Below are positions 1 to 15,011 of a stretch of 64,000 bases of DNA, in pieces (the first letter of the stretch is position 1; each line of letters starts with the position of its first letter). The DNA is taken from assembly GCA_964016885.1 (NCBI GenBank), contig OZ024746.1, forward strand, positions 47,554,001 through 47,618,000, read 5' to 3'. The notes under the pieces were generated by a model. The model was not told the DNA's origin, ran no database searches, and worked only from the letters and a program-made list of their open reading frames with translations. The stretch comes from Eledone cirrhosa. Lineage: Eukaryota. The translations under genes were made by a program, and so were the position numbers.

Positions 1-89
1 GTATATATATATATATATATGTATGTGTATATATATATATATATGTATGTATATATATGTATATATATATATATATATGTATATATATG

Positions 90-122
<33 letters not shown>

Positions 123-159
123 ATGTATGTGTATATATGTATATATATATATGTATATG

Positions 160-191
<32 letters not shown>

Positions 192-261
192 TATGTATAT
201 GTATATATATATATGTATATGTATATATATATATGTATATGTATATATATATATGTATATG

Positions 262-292
<31 letters not shown>

Positions 293-403
293 GTATGTGT
301 ATATATATATATATATATGTGTATATATATATATATGTGTATATATATATATATATATGTATGTGTATATATATATATGTATGTATATGTATGTATATAT
401 ATG

Positions 404-453
<50 letters not shown>

Positions 454-770
454 TATGTGTATATATATATATATAATGTATATATATGTATGTGTATATA
501 TATATATGTATGTATATGTATGTATATATATGTATATATATATATATATATCTGTGTTTATATATATATGTGTATATATATATATATATATGTATGTATA
601 TGTATGTATATATATGTATATATATATATATATATCTGTGTTTATATATATATGTGTATATATATATATATATGTATATATATGTATGTGTATATATATA
701 TATGTATGTATATGTATGTATATATATGTATATATATATATATATATCTGTGTTTATATATATATGTATG

Positions 771-803
<33 letters not shown>

Positions 804-886
804 GTATATATATATATATATTATGTATGTATATATATATATGTATGTATATGTATGTATATATATATATGTATGTATATGTATGT

Positions 887-940
<54 letters not shown>

Positions 941-957
941 GTATATGTATATATATG

Positions 958-1018
<61 letters not shown>

Positions 1019-1033
1019 GTATATATATACATA
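1..1033. repeat. (TA)n/(TATG)n compound microsatellite
   Basis: Alternating purine-pyrimidine sequence of almost only TA and TG steps; the overlapping Y/I/M/C/V ORFs are artefacts. Confidence 0.98.
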
Positions 1034-1121
1034 TACTATGTCAGGTCACCAGTTGGTGCTACTGGTAACATGTATCCCAGTACAACCTGTCTCATGGTCG
1101 GGTCGTTGGCGACTAAACTGG
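1034..1121 (+). ncRNA. Candidate (degenerate) HDV-like ribozyme at the 5' end of a retroelement relic
   Basis: P1 ACTATG(1035-40)/CATGGT(1093-98); P2 CCAGT(1077-81)/ACTGG(1117-21); GG at 1100-01 with CC available in the loop; short P4 TCG-TTGG-CGA; then CTAA. P3/L3 is short and imperfect. Confidence 0.4.
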
Positions 1122-1647
1122 CAACCCCACCAAGGTTTCTTGGTGAGGAGGGTGACTTTGGACATCCTGCAGGACTAAAAACAAAACCTGTCAAAAGGCA
1201 AAGGAGCTCTTAAGAGTCAATGGCCATCCAAAATCACCGGGAGAGATGACCCCTTAGCCTTTGTCAAGGCAGAATTCTAGGAGAAGGAAAACTCTGATAT
1301 AACACCTGCAACTCTGATGGTATCCAATGATGTTGACTTGTTCTTCTTTTTGGTAAATATCATCTTGGTTAAGAGAGTGGGACTGGCTTTGTGCAGTGCC
1401 TTTGCTCACTATAAAAGCTTCACAGCACAGGCATTGCTTTATATCTGGAGATCTCTCTGCACTTGTCGTCACATGGTACCATGGGCCCAGCACTATGTGT
1501 CAATAATTGTCACAAGTGTAGTGTTTGTACCAGAGCTTTCAAGTCGCTGGCTGGACTAAAAAATCACACTCGTTCAGCGCATCGGTAGGGGTTCTCCTAC
1601 ATGGATATAAAGTAGTGGCCGTACTCGAAAACGAGTTGGCAGCCACC
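1034..1647. mobile_element. Unclassified TE-derived island inside the microsatellite
   Basis: Complex sequence flanked on both sides by (TA)n; 1275-1530 is recognisably similar to 19720-19980 (shared CCAATGATGTTGAC.TGTTCTTCTTTTTGG). Confidence 0.55.
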
Positions 1648-5846
<4,199 letters not shown>

Positions 5847-7408
5847 CCATCATGATCATCATCACCGTTTTACGTCAGTTCTTCCACGCTATCATAGGTT
5901 AGATGGGTTGTCCTGTTGTGGGCAGTGTCTGGTCGGCTGACCATGCCTTGCTCATACAGGAACTGATTTGGCTTGATTTCTACCGCTGGATGCGCTTCCT
6001 AACACCAACCTCATTTACAGTGAGTGCTGGGTGCTTTTTTGCTGTGGCACCTCCACGGCCACCTTGCAGTGGGAGGGTGTGGGGGCATATTGTCTATATG
6101 CTTCAGCTTGTACCCATGGGAGGTCAGGTACTGCGTGATGCCAGAGGTCACGGTCGTGTGTCATCGCCTTTGAGAGGTGTAATTGGGTAAGGTTGGCTTT
6201 TATCACCTCATCCCAGGTCATCTTGGGTCTCCCCACTCCGCGGTTTCCATCGACTTCTTGTGCTCTGCACCTTTTTATGCAGCTCTCATCCTTCATACGC
6301 ATCACATGTCCATACGAACGCAACCACCTCTCCTGCACACAGCATTTGATTCCTCTTATGCTCAGTCTCTCTCAATTCATTTATGCTTTGTCGTTCGTGT
6401 ATATTACTATTACACATGCATCGGAGCATGCAGGCTTCATTTCTCTCTAATCTACGTAAGTCTTCCACCTTCAGTGCCCAGGTCTCACTACCATGTAACA
6501 TATGGTCTGCCTTTCATTTTGAAGGAGAAGCCTTTTTGCAGCTAGCAGTGGCAGTAGTTCCCTGAACTTCTTCCATCCCGTTCTTACCCTAGTTATTGTA
6601 CTTTCTGAACACCCACCTCCGCTGCTAATTCGGTCCCCTAGGTAGCAGAAGCTGTCTACTGTCTCTACAGAGCCCTCCCAGAGATTGGTGGTACTTGTTT
6701 CCTGTGGCTGTTTGCCGCATGCTGTCCCAGTACAGCTGCTGCATGTGAAGCCTACATTCTTAATTAAGCTTCCTGAGATCCCGCTACATCCCTTGTGTAC
6801 CCATTGTTTGCATTTGGGGCAGAGAATGGTGTTCCTACCTACACCTTTCCTACATACTGAGCAAGGCCATTTCGCTGAGGGGATCTGGGTTCTGTTTTCT
6901 CGTCTGCTTACAAGGACCTTAGTCTTTGTCATGTTGACTTTGAGACCCTTTCTTTCTAGTCCCTGCTTCCAAGTTTGGAATTTATTCTCTAGTTCTACCA
7001 TAGATTCATCTATAAGTGTGAGGTCATCAGCATACAGGAGTTCTCATGGGCATCCGGTTTTAAACTCCTCTGTTATTGCCTGCAGGACTATGATGAACAG
7101 GAGGGGCTAAGAACAGAGCCCTGGTGGACTCCAACCTGTACGCTAAATTCCTCGCTATACTCATTGCTAATCCTAACTTTGCTGACTGCTCCCCTATACA
7201 TGTCTTGTACCGCTTTCACAAGCCATTCATCTACTCCTAGTTTTCTAAGAGCCCACCAGATTACAGCACGTGGAACTCTGTCAAAGGCTTTCTCAAGGTC
7301 GACAAATGCCAAGTAGAGTGGCTTACTTTTAGCTAGGTACTTTTCCTGTAACTGCCTCACAAGGAAGAGGGCATCAGTGGTGTCTCTTCCTGGTACAAAC
7401 CCAAATTA
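5847..7408 (-). mobile_element. 5'-truncated, frameshifted RTE-clade LINE (RT, PHD-like finger, 3' tail)
   Basis: Minus ORFs with FVDLEKAFDRVPR, GVHQGSVLSP, CSVC..CPKC..H..C..CSSC, MLHGSETW; (ATC)n tail at 5847-5866; homologous to 55759-58785. Confidence 0.95.
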
Positions 7409-8609
7409 TTATTGAAGGTAAAGATTGAATTTCAAGAAAAAAGATTTATTTCTGGGTCACTTGCTTGGTCAGCCACTAGCTCTGTCATATGTCCTTGGCA
7501 CACATACTTATTGTTCATAACTCTTGATGAAACCAGTTCCATGACCTGATTGTTAATTGTGCATTGTACACAAATACTATCATCATCGTCATCTTTTAGC
7601 ACCTACTTTTTGATATTGGCAGGATTAGGTGTTTCATCACAGATAATGTCCCTACATAATCAAAGCTACTGACCTCACAGACTGGTCAGAGGTCTACATT
7701 GCACTTACATATGTTCCAGCACATTACAGAAGGCACTGGGTGCATTTTGTTATGGCACTGGCACTAGGAAGATTGTCATGTCCTTGATACAACTGAGGAG
7801 TCCTCTCAACGCTTTATTTGGTATGGTTTCCTAATACAGTCTATTGGGTGAATTTTATTGTGATACCAGCACTAGAGTGGTTGTTGTGTCGATGATGTGA
7901 CTGAAGAGTCCTTTCAACACTTTTGGCATGGTTTCTATGGCGTATCTTTTGTTTTAACTATGCATTTATAAATAAATTAAATTACTATCAAGACAGTTAT
8001 TAGTTAGCAGGCAAAAATTACTTTTTTTTACCAATTTAAATTATATATAAACATAGATAATTTACTTTTGAATTTTTTTGTAATCCTAATTTTTCTTCTT
8101 TATAGTTACAATATTACTTTAGCATCCAGAATGTTTTCTTTGGTATAATATATATATTTGTTGGTATAGTATCTATTATAAACTAATAAAAGTAACATAT
8201 AAATGACTAACAGTCTATATCTATTTTTTTTTTTTTTTTACCAATCTAAATACGTTGTATTTCAAATAATTTAAAAAAAGTTAAGTCCAACTGTATTTTT
8301 TCTCCCACTTACGTAACATCTGTTGGGGTTTTTTTCTAATCATATGCTCGGTTGTCACCGATCTGTCCAGCTCGTTTGACCGCCAGTATATCAAAAGAAT
8401 TCTGCATCTCCTATACATTTTGTCTGACGAGAACATGTTTTGGATTATATTATACATAAGCCTTGCATCTTCGAAATATGTATAATAAAATAGATATGAT
8501 CTAAAGTAACTATCTTTCATTTATTATTATTATTATTATAATGCTCCGGATAAATATATAGCGTTGAGTGCTCGACATCTGTTATATAAAAGTCAGCTGA
8601 TTATAAATC

Positions 8610-8877
8610 AACTCACCCATCCTCCCTTTCCCGTTCCATCCACTGTGTCGATGACACAACAGTCCACAGTGTAAGGTGGTCGTGTAGGAGACACGATTAA
8701 AAGGCTCCCAGTCCACACTGTAAATGTAGTTGGTGTTAGGAAGGGCATCCAGCTGTAAAAAAACCTGCCAAAGACACTTCCATACAAGTGAGACACGATT
8801 CCCAACCACTCCCGTATCAAATGGAACAAAACCGGCTAACCTATGCTAGCATGGAAGATGGACGTTAAACAATGATT
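8610..8877 (+). mobile_element. RTE 3'-tail-derived short element
   Basis: GGTGTTAGGAAGGGCATCCAG...ATGCTAGCATGGAAGATGGACGTTAAAC tail; close copy at 59596-59845; related copies near 12760, 13800, 29550, 30880. Confidence 0.8.
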
Positions 8878-9684
8878 ATATATATAAATGAAAATAGAGA
8901 AATTAATGTGAGCAAGAAGCCAACAGTATTTTATCATATATAAGTGACTATAACGTCAAAATGGAAAATAATTAACGTAAGATATGGGAAAATAATTCAA
9001 ACTCAATTTTTAAAAAATCAAGACAGAGATTTTATCCACAGATTTTGTGAAATCCAGGGGAAAAAAAAAACCAATAGAGTCTTAACTCAGAATAAAATAA
9101 AGTTTAAATACTCATCCTTCAATTTGGAAAAACTACAAATGCTCTATATAGTCTTAAAAAGACTTATTTCACGAAACTTTTCAGTTGGATTAGTCGCGTT
9201 TGTCATCGTTCATCAGTAGAGCTCAATACGATAACCAAAATCCCACTGCCAAAATATGCCAGAAAGGGAATGAGACGAATGTCTGTTTACAAGAAACAGC
9301 AGTCAAAAACATTCCGAAAAAACTCTACAAAATGTAAGGAGTTCAGCAAAATAGCAATATTATCGCGGTTTATTTTAAAAAAAGACCGGGATTAGTCACA
9401 AATAATTTTAAGCACTCTAGGAAAAATTCCGAGTATAAATCACAATTTGTCCTGACCAAAGCTGTCTGTTGCTACAGTAAATATGTAAACATATTACTAT
9501 TGTTCATCACCCAAATTGTGATTGAATATATACAACTGTTATTTACAATTATCACACATCTTCAACAATATCCCCCATCTCTGCTCTTTTGTGTCCAGCT
9601 TCTTTCTCTTATTTATCTGTGTGTTTCGTCTTTATTCTCTCTCTCTCTCTTTCTCTCCATTAATTATATTTTCCTATTCACCAG

Positions 9685-9752
9685 GACTGTCAGAATATGG
9701 CTGAAACGAGACACAGGACAGTACTGGCCAAGTGTATGTCATTCTATGCCCT
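9685..9752 (+). CDS. WDFY2: WD repeat and FYVE domain protein (WDFY1/2 family), exon 2
   Basis: ccag|..|gtaag; (R)[22 protein letters not shown] matches the WDFY N-terminal WD repeat; 68 bp, phase-compatible with the next exon. Confidence 0.95.
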
Positions 9753-9989
9753 GTAAGTTATATTGTTTCCTTCTTTTGTTTATTTCTAATTATTTGTTTG
9801 GATAATACCAATCATATTCTCATCTGGGATATTATTAAATACTTTCTCAGTAATTGAAATGTGTTATTCTAAATGAAATCAGTATATAAAAAAATTATCC
9901 ACAAATTTTCACCAGTAATAGTATGTGTTTGTGTGTGTATGTATGTGTTTGTATGTATGTATGTGTGTGTGTGTATGTACGTGTATATA

Positions 9990-10310
9990 AGTGGCAAATT
10001 GGCAGAGTCGTCAGAACGTCAGATAGAATGCTTTATGGTATTCGTTCCGGCTCTCTGAGATCAAATCCCGCCACGGTCAACTTTGCCTTTCATCCTTTCA
10101 AGGTCGATAAAAAAGTACCACTGGAGTCGATTCTTCCTCTATATCTCTTTCTCATTTCCTCTCTCTCACTTTCTATCTTTCTCTGGTAGAAATCTGACTG
10201 GAAAGAGATGGGCTCCGCCAGGATTGAAATGCCCAAGATATGCCTTATGTCAATATGGCGCCCTTACGACTCTATCAGGAGGTACAAGACCATACATGTA
10301 CGTGTGCATG
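9990..10310 (+). mobile_element. tRNA-like SINE (representative copy)
   Basis: A-box-like TGGCAGAGTCG, B-box-like GATCAAATCC, body AACTTTGCCTTTCATCCTTT; related copies near 20040(-), 23535(+), 24100, 30110(-), 31900(-), 44400(+), 54570(-), 62870(+). Confidence 0.75.
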
Positions 10311-10519
10311 TGTGTATGTATGTTCTCGCTTTCTCTTAATTTTAAGGAGCTTGTTTTACTGGCTACCTCCACGGTGGCAAGGTTGTAAAGAAACAGAAAT
10401 TTTCACCGTTTATTGTGTAAGCATTTATCCTTTAAACCATAAGAGTGTTTTACAAATTTTTTAAGTTCTGGATATTGCGGCCATGAATAGCTTATGAATT
10501 AAGAGGATACATTCTTTCT

Positions 10520-11330
10520 TTACAAAACCAAGTTCAGTTATACTTTGGTTCAGTTTGGTATATAACCTGTGGCTCCAATAATAACTGGTATAACTCCTCA
10601 TCAATGGTCAGCAGATATCCTCTTTCTCTTGTATTTTTCTTTACACATTGACATCATGTAGACAGCTGACTTCTGCAACAGAGCATATTTTTAATGTGTC
10701 GTCCCAAACATCTAGCTAGTTATGCTTTGATTTGATGGCAGTTTTCCTTTGAGCCATCAGCCTCAACATATTCCTCCCTATTTCATTTGGTTTCCATCTT
10801 CCTTAATGCATTCCAGATTATTCTAGCTATCACATGATGCCTCATGGAGAGGTAGTAACAAGAAGACCTTCTTTCACAGTTGGCAATAATGTGGCTAAGA
10901 TCTTTGGTCTTTGTTTTGCACAGCTTACATTTATTGTCAAGTGATGACCTTCTTCTTTTGGGCAGTAGGTACTTGGTGGGGGATTTCTTGTTCCTGGATT
11001 GTATGGGGATATCCTTCAAGGTGGGATGTATCAACTTGTTGGACCTCCATGTCAGGCTTTCAGTATGGTCTATCCCCTCTATGGTCTGTGTTTACATCTC
11101 AAGTACCCATGTACAACCTTCTCAGTGAATTGGTCTATTATTTTTATTTCATGTCTATCTTCTAGATCAGAGGCTATCATAACAAGATTATTATTTTCAT
11201 GCTCATAAACCTGTGCAAGATGGCTGCTAACCTTTTTCTTCAGTGTTAATATCCGGGTCTTGTATAATATCAGTTTCGATTTTAGGCCCTGGCCACATCA
11301 CTATTAATGTTAAATTTTTCAGTAACACTG
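10520..11330 (-). mobile_element. Degraded RLE-type non-LTR retrotransposon fragment (CCHC knuckle region)
   Basis: ORF 10783-11034: CKLCK...DLSHIIANC...YLSMRHHVIARIIW, typical of R2/R4-like elements. Confidence 0.7.
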
Positions 11331-11649
11331 AGCAGCTTGCAAGTCCTTACATCCAACTTGCTCAGTTATTGCATTAACCAGTGTGTGAGAGTGTGAGTAT
11401 TCGCTCTTCTGGTTTTATAAATTTCCACCAATAGAGAGCTGATTTCTAATATAGAAACAAGACTCTTTCATTGGAATTTAGACATCAACTAGGTAAATAT
11501 GCATGTGTGTGCAGGTATGGATGTCATTTCATGTGTGAATCTATACATTATGAGTTATATATGTACACATGCATAGGTTTCTGTATCTATACATGTGTGT
11601 GTGTGTGTGTGTAGCCAATGGTAACAGCATGATCCATGCAATGAAAGGT

Positions 11650-11990
11650 TGTCATATTCTTTTCTTCATTTGTTTTGCCACTTTGGTCTGCAGAACCTTA
11701 ATTGGAACAAAATTGAAAAGACATTATCCCAGAAGATAGCAAAAGAAGTGCATGGAAAGAGCTATTCCAACTCACAGTGCTCAGTCTCACAGGTGGCCAA
11801 CTCTGTGCTAATAGCAGTGGGTAGGGAGGAAACTTTGAGACTAAGGACACCAGAACTTTCCGTTGTTATAGGTTTGATGATGAACACATTGGAAAGCAGC
11901 CTGTACTTCAACAGCTTGTGATCTTCAACTTGTTGGGCAACAAAATGTGGGCCTGTCACTGAATTCCCTCGGTTGCCTTTTGAGAAATTG
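11650..11990 (-). mobile_element. CRE-like restriction-like endonuclease C-terminal relic
   Basis: EDHKLLKYRLLSNVFIIKPITTESSGVL resembles the E..K..KY..L....P...E..G motif; a related relic lies at ~12240-12500. Confidence 0.5.
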
Positions 11991-12971
11991 TTACTCATCA
12001 TCATCATTTAAAGTCTATCTTCCACGCTAGCATGGGTTTAGACGGAAATTGTCCCACGTGAGGCAAGATTGGTTGTCTTGCTCGCAAAGGACTGTCTGGC
12101 GGGTTTTCTACGGCTGGATGCCCTTCCTTGTCATATCCCAGATGAGGGGCTTAGTGTGGAACGGTAACGTTGTGATGCCATCTGGCTTTTTGCCATCCCA
12201 TTCAAATCATTGGATCGTGGAGTAACACAAACCCTAAAGTACTGGACTAAATATCACTAGCAATAAGTAGGAAGGTAGTTCAGAGATTCAGGACACCAGA
12301 TGTTTCCACAGCTATAAGTTCGATGATAAACCTACTGGAATGTGGCTGGTACTTCAACAGCTTGCAATCATCTGTGATTTATCAAGTTCACTTTGAGAAC
12401 CTCTGATCTCGTCCTAAATTATTGAGATGCCATAGCTAATAATAGGCAATCTGTTTACCTTCTTTAGGCCTACAACTTCATTCTTCTAACTCCTCTAGGG
12501 AACCATGCCAAGCACATAATGGAATTGACTGACTGAATAAAGTATAGGTCTACAATTTCATGAAATAAAGTTTATTTGAAAGTGCTTCAGTTCACATACC
12601 TGTCAGGTTGATACCAGAGAATATGTAAATGTTACTTGTAACAAACTGGCATTTCATCCAGAAAGATTCTCTCTCTCACCAGCCTCACCCCCTCTCACCT
12701 CTTTCTCTCACACCCCTCTCTCTCTATTGACTGAAGAAAAGAATATATAAAAGCACCCAGTACACGCTGTAAAGTGGTTGGTGTTAGGAAGGACATCCAT
12801 CCGTAGAAAGCTTGCCAAACAAAGGATTAGGAGGACCCTTCAGTTTGTGTCAAAAGACATGACTACTACTCCTTTGCACTCATTATGACTGTACATAAGT
12901 GGGATACAGACCCCCTCAGCCTGTCTGACGTTAAATGATGATATATATCATCATCATCATCACCATTTACG

Positions 12972-13033
<62 letters not shown>

Positions 13034-13189
13034 TTGGAGCTCTGAAATAGCAATATATATATGGATATATATATAATGTATTTTGCAATACACTTTATGC
13101 TTAATTAAAAGCATTTTGAAGACCGTAAGCTATTGTTTTAAAGTAGTGACAAATTCACTCACTTTGATCTCAGCAAACAGGGGAGATAA

Positions 13190-13231
13190 GCCGACAAGAC
13201 TTGTTTCGCTTTGGTTGAAGCTTATCAAGGC
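13190..13231 (-). ncRNA. Type I hammerhead ribozyme motif (U3-A8 variant), antisense copy
   Basis: Exact reverse complement of 13585-13626. Confidence 0.75.
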
Positions 13232-13584
13232 CAACTACCCCACCTGTTTGCTGAGATCATTGATGTTATATTCTTATAGAAATCTAGTAAATAATCAGGA
13301 GCTGATTATGCAGAGCGGTTGTTGGTCAGGCAGAAATTAAAAATTAAAATTGGAGCTCTGAAATAGCAATATATATATGGATGTATATATAATGTATTTT
13401 GCAATACACTTTATGCTTAATTAAAAGCATTTTGAAGACCGTAAGCTATTGTTTTAAAGTAGTGACAAATTCACTCACTTTGATCTAGTAAATAATCAGG
13501 AGCTGCATAATCAGCTCCTGATTATTTACTAGATTTCTATAAGAATATAACATCAATGATCTCAGCAAACAGGTGGGGTAGTTG

Positions 13585-13626
13585 GCCTTGATAAGCTTCA
13601 ACCAAAGCGAAACAAGTCTTGTCGGC
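13585..13626 (+). ncRNA. Type I hammerhead ribozyme motif (U3-A8 variant)
   Basis: GCC-TTGATAA-GCTT caacca AAGC-GAAA-CAA gtc TTG-TC^-GGC; stem I continues into GATCTCAGCAAACAGG/CCTGTTTGCTGAGATC; predicted cut after 13623. Confidence 0.75.
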
Positions 13627-13751
13627 TTATCTCCCCTGTTTGCTGAGATCAAAGTGAGTGAATTTGTCATTACTTTAAAACAATAGCTTACGGTCTTCAA
13701 AATGCTTTTAATTAAGCATAAAGTGTATTGCAAAATACATTATATATACAT

Positions 13752-13801
<50 letters not shown>

Positions 13802-13971
13802 CTGGTGCTACAAGAAAAATCTCTCAGTACACACTGTAAGGTGGTTGGCATTAGAAAGGGCACCCAACTGTAGAAAACCAAGTCAGCAATGGAGTGTATG
13901 AGCAAGATATGATCATCTGACTTGTCGAGTCTCATAATGTTACAGCCCATCTAACCGATGCAAGCATGGAA

Positions 13972-14200
<229 letters not shown>

Positions 14201-14490
14201 CATGCACACTTACCTACTTACATATGTATGAATTCCTATCTTTAGCTGGAAAGATTTAAACATCAAGAAAATTGATAGTCCCATGGCTTCAAACAAAATT
14301 ACTTTCTGGTATGTGTTCTTCCAGAGTTACACATGTTCTCCCTTTTCAATCTCACCATTGTAGAGTTAATGAACCAATGCTAGAAGCCTGGAAGCAATGA
14401 TGCTATTGTTCATGAATTGAAAAAGTATTTTGATGTTAGAAGACTCTTTTTCTATATTACTATTGTTATTTTCTTTTTGTTACATTACAG

Positions 14491-14564
14491 CTGCTGCAAC
14501 AGCTATGGATTATAATGGTGAAACCCGACGGTTATTTGTTGGTCTAGATAATGGAACTATATCG
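14491..14564 (+). CDS. WDFY2: WDFY1/2-family exon 3
   Basis: ttacag|..|gtaagt; (S)AATAMDYNGETRRLFVGLDNGTIS; 74 bp. Confidence 0.95.
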
Positions 14565-15011
14565 GTAAGTGTCACATGGTAGTAATTGACTTTGATGTTA
14601 GTCTTTGTTTTAATCAATCTAAGACCTTTTACTCATACATTCCTCTGCTAGCCTGTGTTTGAAAGTTCTTCAAATTGATATTTGCTTGACATCACACTAA
14701 TAATTAAAGAAATAATTCTTTTATGCTACATCCGTGATTCCCAAACTCGTTGCAGAAACCAAATACAATTTTCCCCTCCAAAAATCACAGAACCCATTTT
14801 AGTATCAATTCCCAACAGGGAAAGCATTTTTATTAAATTTTATTAAGACACTGTATCTTGCAGGTCTCTGGATCTCCCCAAAGAACATTTTATAGAGCTT
14901 TGCCTTTCCTCCTTACAGAGTCAATAAAATAAAGCACCAGTAATGTGCAGGGGTTGATTTAATTGACTTTCCTCTCACACCAAAATTGCTGACCTTGTGC
15001 TTAAATCAGAA

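Larger units (their letters stand above)
13030..13760. mobile_element. Hammerhead-containing ~316-bp repeat in tandem plus inverted arrangement (retrozyme / Penelope pLTR-like)
   Basis: Unit starts ATTGGAGCTCTG at 13033 and again at 13349; second unit internally deleted; inverted near-identical copy 13503-13760; embedded in (TA)n. Confidence 0.8.

Noticed and set aside
9190-9222. Minus-strand CTGATGA...CAAAC hammerhead-like string
   Set aside because: GAAA is absent and the stems do not pair.
9990-10090. tRNA gene
   Set aside because: A/B-box-like motifs only, no cloverleaf; a multi-copy SINE head.
13083-13733. Two near-identical 82-85-aa ORFs on opposite strands
   Set aside because: By-product of the inverted duplication; TTG starts and no recognisable domain.
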